From: the human T2T-CHM13v2.0 reference genome, Homo sapiens | Assembly (NCBI RefSeq): GCF_009914755.1 | Contig: NC_060933.1 | Strand: one strand, 5' to 3' | Length of the DNA stretch: 64,000 nt | In this document: piece after piece, positions 55,600 to 64,000 of the stretch | Layout of the letters: every line of letters starts with the position of its first letter | Numbering within the stretch: the stretch's first letter is position 1 | Program-made: the position numbers and the translations under genes | Notes under the pieces: model-generated | Database searches by the model: none | What the model saw: only the letters and a program-made list of their open reading frames with translations | Told to the model about the DNA's origin: nothing

Positions 55600-56072
55600 T
55601 AGCATACACAAAGCACCCTGAAAATAGTAGCTCAAAACAACAAAACTGTGCATTGTGCCTCATGGTTCTGTAAGTTGACTGGAATCAGCAGGATGGTTTT
55701 TCTGACCCACATAGTGTCACTTGCAGTCATCTAGAGGCTGACTGGGCTGGGACATTTAAGATGGGGCACACAGCACTTGCCAACCACGTCAGCTAGTAGC
55801 TTCACTTTGCTGCAGACTGGAGAGGCTCAGTTTCCCTCCAAATGGCCTTTCCATGGTGCTTGGGCTTCTCCCCTCATTATGTGGGAGTTCAAAGAGACAA
55901 CGTTCCCAGTGTGGAATAGCTTAGCCTCAGAAGTTACAGAGCGTCACTTCCACTGCATTCTATGGCTCAAAGCAAATCACAGGTCCAGCCCAGATCCAAA
56001 GGGAAGGGAAAGAGGCTCCACTTTTCAAAGTGGGCATGGCAAGGAATTTACAGCCATCTTTAACCATCACAA
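55600..56072 (-). mobile_element. MaLR LTR, MLT1H-like
   Basis: gttctgtaagttgactgg...tagcctcagaagttacagagcgtcacttccactgcattcta...gccatctttaaccatcaca. Confidence 0.75.
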
Positions 56073-56734
56073 TACATGACACATAAACTGGAGAATCTAA
56101 TCACCAAATGAAAAACAAAACAAACAAACAAAAACAGAAAAACAGAAAAGCCCAGCCATTTTCCATGAGGGGTTAGTTTCATGCTGCTGCAACACCAGGT
56201 GGTGTGCATGAGAAATGCCACTGGCTCAAAGCAGTCTCCTGCTGAGGTGCTCCCGCCTGCTACCAAGCTGGCCCATGGTGAGCCCTGCAAGCGCACAGAG
56301 CTGGTCTCCTGAGTGTTAGATGTTCTTGATAGAAGTATCCATTACAGAGTCTCAAACATAAGCAATCATTTGGGTTATAAGAATCCGAGTATGCATGTCA
56401 AAGAAAAGCCTTGAATATTGAGGAGTAGCTTGATATAATAAAATATTTGGAAACACAAAGATCACGTGATATTGCAAAAGCATCGCACCTGTAGGAATCC
56501 ACATTGCACAACATCAGGGAAGTGGCTTTGAGAGCAACAACAAAATGAAATAGTAGAGTTATCAGCTGTCTGAAATATGGCCAAAAATTACTTGCAGTGG
56601 GTTGAAGATGAAAACTACCACTGAATGCAGCAGAATTTTTATTTTAAACCAGTGAGAAGGCACCAAAATAGGCCAATGCCCATTCTTGTATGGAAATATT
56701 TCATTCCATAAATGACAGGCCTTTCCATCCACCC

Positions 56735-57094
56735 CTATATGGTTTGGCTGTGTCCCCACTCAAATATCATCTTGAACTGTAGCTCCCACAATTCCCATGT
56801 GTTGTGGGAGGAACTCAGTGGGAGATAATTGAATCATGGGGGTGGTTTTCCCCATACTGTTCTCGTGGTAGTGAATAAGTCTCAGGAGATCTGGTGGTTT
56901 TATAAGGGGAAACCTCTTTCACTTGGATCTCATTCTGCCTTGCCTGCCACCATGTAAGATGTCCCTTGCTCTTCCACCATGATTGTGAGGCCTCTCCAGC
57001 CATGTGAAACTGTGAGTCCATTAAACTTCTTTCCTTTATAAATTACTAAGTCTTGGGTATATTTTTATTAGCAGCATGAAAACAGACTAATACA
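56735..57094 (+). mobile_element. THE1 solo LTR (THE1C-like)
   Basis: atatggtttggctgtgtcccca...aaaacagactaataca; perfect 5-bp TSD caccc. Confidence 0.96.
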
Positions 57095-57153
57095 CACCCC
57101 TTCTCCAAAACCACATCCACCCTCCAAACTGCATGTGTTTGTCAAGGTAAATG

Positions 57154-57167
57154 GTGTGTGTGTGTAT

Positions 57168-57198
<31 letters not shown>

Positions 57199-57272
57199 CG
57201 TATATATATATATACGTATATATATATATATATATATATACCTACATGCATATATATATATACATATATATT
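57154..57272. repeat. Compound (TG)n/(TA)n microsatellite
   Basis: Direct reading. Confidence 0.95.
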
Positions 57273-57363
57273 TATTGACTGAGAATTTAAGGTGTCTCAA
57301 ACTATGGCAGAATTTTAATAAAGTTTATTATTTATTTTGTAATGAATTAATTACAAAATTATA

Positions 57364-57991
57364 TAGCAGGTCCTGGAATAACATCATTTTATTTCAAAGT
57401 CATTTTGTTATAATGTTGAAGAGAAAAAAAAATGAATTCCCCCTGGTGGGGCCACCATCTGTGTGAACTTTGCACATTCTCTCTAGGTCTGTGTAGGTTT
57501 TTTCTGGCTACTCCTGTTTCCTCCCACATCCCAAAGGTGTGCCTATGAGGTGAACTGCCATGTCTACACATCCCAGTATGAGTGAGTGCAGGTGGTGTGC
57601 ACGCGCCCTGCGATGGGAGTGTGTCCTATTCAGGGCTGGTTCCCGCCTTGCGCCCTAAGCTTTGGAGATAGGCTTCGGCCACCCTCAACCCTGAACTGGA
57701 ATAAGCAGGTAAACAATTCTCTTACTTGTTTTTATTAATTTGTCTTAAATGTGTTATAGCTTTTATTTTAATGTTTAATATTACATTTATTTTATTGTTT
57801 TAATGTTTAATATTACAAGTGTTTGGGTCTTCATTTAGAAGTTTGGTGATGTTTTTGCTATCAGAAATATGCTACAGGAACTTAACTCTTGTGGATATCA
57901 ATTAGCCTATAGGGAAATTGGTTTCTTTCTATGCAGTTTTGCTTACAGTCACTGTTTCCAAGAGCCTATGAACGTCATGAAAAACTTACTG
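57364..57991. mobile_element. MER6A TcMar-Tigger element
   Basis: Termini agcaggtcctggaataac / aacttactg with TA flanks; internal tttgcacattctc...gtttcctcccacatcccaaag...gccctgcgatgg. Confidence 0.88.
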
Positions 57992-58401
57992 TATAGGTGT
58001 TGGGTATTCTGTCACTAACCTCATTTCCCCACAAGCTCTGTTATTTTTATTATGCAAAATTCCATAGCAAGTGATTTTAGGAACACATTGCAGAAGAAAT
58101 GACCATATATTGAATTTCATGTTATTTTATGAAGAATTATTTTCCTTTTGCTTCTCTATATTACTGTTAGGTATATGAATAATATATATGTTATATATGA
58201 ACATATAGTCATACAAATGTATGTCACATATCTAGATCTGTTGTATTGTCCAGCAATTTCATAACTGGCTAGTAAAGGGGACCGTAAAAGACACATTTTT
58301 AAAGGAGGAAATTGGAAATAGAGCTGAGGAACCTCCACTCGGTGATTCCTGAGGTTACTGTACGTGGCAGCTAAACCACTCGGCTGGGATACAAGAGGTC
58401 C

Positions 58402-58975
58402 TGTATCGGTTATCTATGGCAGCCTAACAAATTCCCCTCACATTTAGCAGCTTAAAATAATGACTTTTTATCACCTGTCATAGTTCCTGTGGGTCAGGAA
58501 TTCAGGCAGGGTGGCTTGTCGCCGCCTCATGGCGTCTGGAGTCTCCGCTGAGCCACTCGAAGCAGTAGCAGGGACCATCTGCAGGCACATAAACTGGAGA
58601 ATCTAATCACCAAATGAAAAACAAAACAAACAAACTGGTGGGTGTGGCAGTCCACACAGGCTTCCGGTTTTTGGCTGGAACACCCACACATGACCTCTCC
58701 CTGCAGGCTGGGCTTCCTCACAATGAGGTGGCTGGAAGCCAAGGAAAAGCACCCAAGAAAGCCAGGTAGAAGCCATATTGCCTTTTACGGCCTAGCTTGG
58801 AAATCCCACAGCATCACTTTCCCTGTATTCTATTGGTCCAGGCAGTAATAGGGGTGTCCCCAGGTGTGAGGGTGAGACTCCCTCACACCTCTCAGTGGGG
58901 GCTAGCATTGCACTGTAGGAAGAGTCATGGGATGGAGTATATATTAGTGTGACCATCTTTGCAAATACAACGTGC
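58402..58975 (-). mobile_element. MaLR LTR, MLT1F/G-like, carrying a foreign 50-bp insert
   Basis: tgtatcggttatctat...ctgtgggtcaggaattcaggcaggg...gggcttcctcacaa...ccatctttgcaaatacaa. Confidence 0.8.
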
Positions 58976-59399
58976 TCTAGCCCCCAAGCAAGGGCTTTGG
59001 GTAAAACAACGGGTAGAAAGATGAAAAAGATGATATAGGTAAACTTAGAAAGAAACAAAACAAAACAGAACTTTGTAAGGGGATGCATAGAACTAAAGCA
59101 AGAGCAAAGCTGAATACTTCTGGAATATCATAGTGAATCGAAATCCCCTAGAATCTGTGATAAACACACACTGTTTATCTTGGAAGAAAAGAGTTTCGGG
59201 AATTTCTTTAAAAGTAACATTATGTATATTGCCTCACATGTGGACTTTATGCAAAACTCTCACTTGGCAATTTAGTTTTGGTGTGTTTCAGAAATAATCT
59301 CATTTGCTTTCATATCATGTAGAAAGAATGAAAGAAAAGCCAGTTTGTTTAGTCAGTAACTCTTGCTTTGGACTCAGAGGCCTGGGGGAAAAGAGAGTA

Positions 59400-59462
59400 T
59401 GTATGTGCATATGTGTGTGTGTGTGAATGTGTGTGTGTATGAGTGCGTGTGTGTGGGTGCAT
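59400..59462. repeat. Degenerate (TG)n
   Basis: Direct reading. Confidence 0.85.
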
Positions 59463-62016
59463 GCAGAACAAAAGCAAATGCAATAAAATGAGAAGAGATG
59501 TGTGTCATTGTCCAGTTGCTTGCTTGTAATGTGAATAGCTTATGTTACTGGAGGGACTGATGCCAGGAGCAACGAAGCCAATTGCTTCCCATCCCATGAT
59601 GGGATGGGAAAACACTGGCCACTTCAGTCCATGCCACTGTGTGGCACCCTACTTTTCCTTGGGTACTGAAACTTGGTGCCTGGAGTTTCATAGAAAACTT
59701 GAGGTATTCTAACCACAAAAGTAAAACATGCTTCTGCCTGCAGTGCCCAGTGGAATAGTATAGCCCGGGCAGGCCACCCGAGAGACCAACAGCCACACTG
59801 CGCATCCTACCCGAAGCCAGTAGGAAATGTTAGCCTTTGGAGCTCACTCAACACACAGTAGGCCTGTGATAAACCTTTGTGAATAGTGCATCAAGTTCCT
59901 AGCTGTCTTCCCTGAGCGGCAGAAACACAGGGCTGAAACACGTCCAGCCAGCCTGGGCCCACGTCTGCCAACAAGCCTAGGCGTGTGACGCTCGTAACAA
60001 TTCTGCATTTTCTACACGGCACAATTACCATCAGTGCCAGAGTATGATAGAGAAGCCAAACAACTGCATTTGCAGATACCCTGAACTAACAAAACTTCAT
60101 CCTCAAAACAGCTCGGTTCCTGTTTGCAATCATGAGTTTGCATAATCTGTTACCTGGAAGCAATACGAATTGCACAGCAGCTCTGGGAAATGAGCCGGGT
60201 AATTACATCTTCAGGAGCTGAGGACAAGATGTGACATTTTACCTACAGGGCACCAAACAAAGTCAACATGTTTAATTTTTATTCTGCTCCCACTGTCCTT
60301 CTGGCCTTTTGTTTGAAACTATCTTATGAAAATACAGCATTCAAACAGCCAGAAAGCCCTCAGAGAGACCACAAGAGAAATGATAACGAATTGTTTGTGA
60401 ACAGCCCCATGGCCAGATTAGTTTTTATAAGATACAGCTTTTTCTACTACCCATCTTTGGCTCCCTCCATTATTTTTCAGCTTCCTGGGGTCCCATTTTC
60501 TGTTTGTTAGGGAAAGGTTTTTGTTTCATAGCTCTAATTGTGTGTAATGTCAAATAAATCCCAGAGGAGAGAACCACCATGTTGCCATCATCGTGTATAA
60601 ATCGCGGGCCCACCATGAAAACCGTTTGGAAGTCTTACTCCCATTTTTTCGTCTTTCTAGAAAACCACATCTGGTCAGGAGCCCAGTGTGTCCCACTTGG
60701 ACAAGAATAGAAATCTCTCTTCTGGAATATGGTAAACACAGATTTTGTTTCCAAGTTAACACATAATGTAGTTCTATCATGTTTACAGACAGTAAGTTCT
60801 CAATATCATATTAAATATAGATTCTGTGCCAAAAGAATAGGGATCAACCTGTCATCTCTATTTCCAGGAATTAGTCTTTTTTATTCCTCTAGTGGAAACC
60901 TTTGAGGAATTTGCTCATTTTCCCCCTAAAGCTGTGAAGAAAAGTTAAAGGTCAAATGGGAGAATAGAATGAAAGAAGAAGAAAACAGAAACTCAAAGAA
61001 ACCTAGACTCTTGAATTTGAACTCATTTTTTTGCAAAATAATTGAATGAGTCAGTCCGAAATCATCAGAGGGCTCTCCACCTATTTCTCAATGAACTGAG
61101 AAGCATGGAGGATTCAGGGTGGGGCTAGGGAGGTGGAAACCCATGCTTTGATTCAGGGAGAGGTAATGCTTCTAAGCTTCATTAGGAACTGAATAATGGC
61201 AAGGTGCCCAGGGAGCATGCCTGGATTCTGGCTCCTTGCCCAACCCTCACCCTGCCCCAGGGCAAACTCAGAAAACCAAGTCAGATCATCATAATGACGT
61301 GCATGGCTGCTGTTACCTGAGACAGAAGCCATGATGTCATCTTGTCATAATTGACTTCAGGTTTGTCACTCTCAGATCTTCTCTGGTTGGAGCCAATGGT
61401 TTCTTTCAGACCTGAGATATCCTGATGAAGCAGACCACACCTGCCCTCAGAGATGACCTCATGAGGAAGCTGAGCTGCATAACAAACATCTCTGCTGCTC
61501 AGCCACCTCCACTCTTTTTCAACAGACCTTGGAGATAGCACAGCACCCACACCAAAAAATCAGGAAGCTCTCTTATCAGCAATCTTTCTGTACCTATGAA
61601 ATCAGACATTCCAGCCATGGCAGAACCTCCTGAGTGGGCCAGAGCCTCAGAGTCAGGAAAAGCTGGGGCCTAATGATGTTTCAAATCAAATCACTCTGTA
61701 GGGGATTTTCCATTTAACATATTGTGATTGTGCAGTAACATTAGTCTTTGCCATTTAATTTATTAAATTTTAAAATCTTATAATATCCTCAACACCGTCT
61801 TTGTCTCGATTTATACATATAACATATACATTTTTATTACATATTACAAACAATTGATATATATGAAGAACTCTGTGTGTTTAAATGCCAATCACTGGTA
61901 CACAGGCTCGAGGAATGTAATATCCAGGATTCAGTCTAGGAAACCAAAGTAATTCTAGGTACTTGATTGAAGAAGGTTTAATATTTGGAATTTAATGTTT
62001 TAAAAATTATTGAAGA

Positions 62017-62358
<342 letters not shown>

Positions 62359-62610
62359 TCAGAACAATGAGAACCGGCCAGTGGGGGAATTATTGCCTCT
62401 GAGGTCAACACTGGAGCCAGGCAGTCTAGGTTGGAAGCTCTAGGGACTAACACCCAAAACATCGAGATGTGACTGTCCCTGAGACTCAGGAAATCAAAGA
62501 TAAACACTGGAAAAACTTAGAAGAAATCCATGACTCTCCTGAACCCACAGTGAAAGACAGAAGCTGTAGGGAGGCCCAGCTTCAGCCCTGGCTCACCTCT
62601 TGCTCCACAT

Positions 62611-62810
62611 CAGGGGCCAGCAAACATGCACTAGAAAGGGCCAGAGAGTCCAGATTTGTGGCTTTGTGGGCCATAGACTCTCTGTCACAGCCACTCCACT
62701 CTGCCATTACAGTGTTGAAACAGCCAAAGTAATAAGTAAATGAATGAGTATTCTGTGCACCTGTTTACAAAAATAGACTTGGTCCCTGGGCCATAGTTAG
62801 CCAATCTTCA
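62611..62810 (-). mobile_element. MER58A
   Basis: caggggccagcaaac...ggctttgtgggccata...ctctgccattacagtg...gggccatagttagcca. Confidence 0.7.
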
Positions 62811-63114
62811 CTCTAGTGAATCTAAATGACACTAATTGACCTCCAGAATCCTAGCTGCAAAGGAGTCTTGAAAATGTATTTTTTAGTTTTCTAATTAAAT
62901 GCTCCTGAGACCATGAAGGAGTACCACATTCCTGTCTGATGAAAGCACATCCCTCCTGCTGCTTTCTATTTATTTGAATGTAGAGAAAGCGTTAGCCAAT
63001 ACAAAAGGTGCATACCAGGAGACAAGGGCTGTGTTGATTTGCTCCACCAAAAAAGCTACCTCTTGAAGAATGGCTACAGTTGTAGTCATATATTATTACA
63101 CGTATGACAATTTA

Positions 63115-64000
63115 TTGTCATTCTCCAAGAATCGCCTGTCCTCTGCATGAAGAGGACACGAGAGTCGCCTCCCCTGCATCTTGCAAGTTTCTGATGGTGC
63201 ACCATCTTTGAAATTCACCAGATATGCTTGTTGATTTTGGTTTTATAGGGAAAGGTAGTTCCAGGGGTTTCCATGTGACCATTTCTACCAGAGGGACCCT
63301 AGCCCCACCCTCCACATTGATAAGGACATCAGTGTAGAGATTTGAGCAGTTGTCGAGTATTTCTATCTCAACTTTACATTCAGGAGCTAGAAAAATAACC
63401 ACAAGATGGGCTCCCAGAGCCACTGGCCTACTGTGAAATAGACTTCGGCCAAAATTCTATTTCTCCCCTGACCATCTCACCTCCCACATCAATCTCCAAT
63501 CTGGTTTGGATTCGTATCAGCCCAGAGCCTGTGCCTATGTATCCCTGAAAATCTGAGTTTCTCCCTTTCCCCTGTGCATGGCCACCCTAGTTAATGGCTT
63601 CAGGTAATTTCTTGGATGGTAGGAGGAAGATAGAGTATGCTCTTGTGGCAGTTTCTCTAGGGTCTGGGCTCAAGGGGAACAAACCACCTCTTCTCTCAGG
63701 GACTTTCCATAGTGTGTGCTCACTCAGATTCAGGAGTGTTAACTCAAGTGCTTTTCAGTTTATAGATCAGATAGGTTGTCTGTTGATTTCATGGACACCG
63801 TGACCCCACCCTGGAAACCTTTGGGCCCAACCATCCTGACCCACCACCATTGGCCCTGATGCTGGTCATGGTGGTCACTCTCATCTTGTCACTGACAGCA
63901 GAGTTAATTCTTCTGGAGTTAAGGCTTGTGAAGGAAAGTTAGAGGTCCAGGCCACCATCAGATGAATCCATCACTCAACTGACTATGACAGGAATATAAA
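63115..64000 (-). pseudogene. ERVL (class III) gag-pro-pol relic: protease and start of RT
   Basis: ORF 63118-63423 HLVVIFLAPECKVEIEILD...WKPLELP..TIRNLQDAG parallels HERV-L HPVVISPVPECIIGIDIL...KWKPLELP...TIKDLKDAG; upstream PLTRVAMHRGKGETQIFR..GTGS parallels PFTRVTVHWGKG..TFRGLLDTGS. Confidence 0.8.

Overview
This is repeat-rich, non-coding primate genomic DNA, most likely human or another catarrhine (AluY, L1PA, THE1 and HSMAR1 are present). It reads as an intergenic or large-intron region. I find no credible host protein-coding gene, RNA gene or CRISPR array. The only recognisable protein remnants are transposon fossils: a near-full-length HSMAR1 mariner transposase (16207-17463), L1PA ORF2 (53082-55548) and ERVL protease/RT (63115-64000). 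Roughly half of the window is Alu, MIR, L1, L2, MaLR/ERV LTRs and DNA transposons. Family names come from my recollection of consensus sequences, so subfamily labels and the boundaries of old elements are approximate. I do not see a new biological system. The observations not explained by known repeats are: (i) a 100%-identical 50-bp copy of 56080-56129 pasted into an old MLT1 LTR at 58586-58635; (ii) a ~320-bp, ~90%-identical direct duplication at 38566-38881 and 45255-45587; (iii) a 20-bp deletion that removes the WVPHEL linker of the HSMAR1 copy; and (iv) several candidate regulatory islands and small candidate + strand exons.
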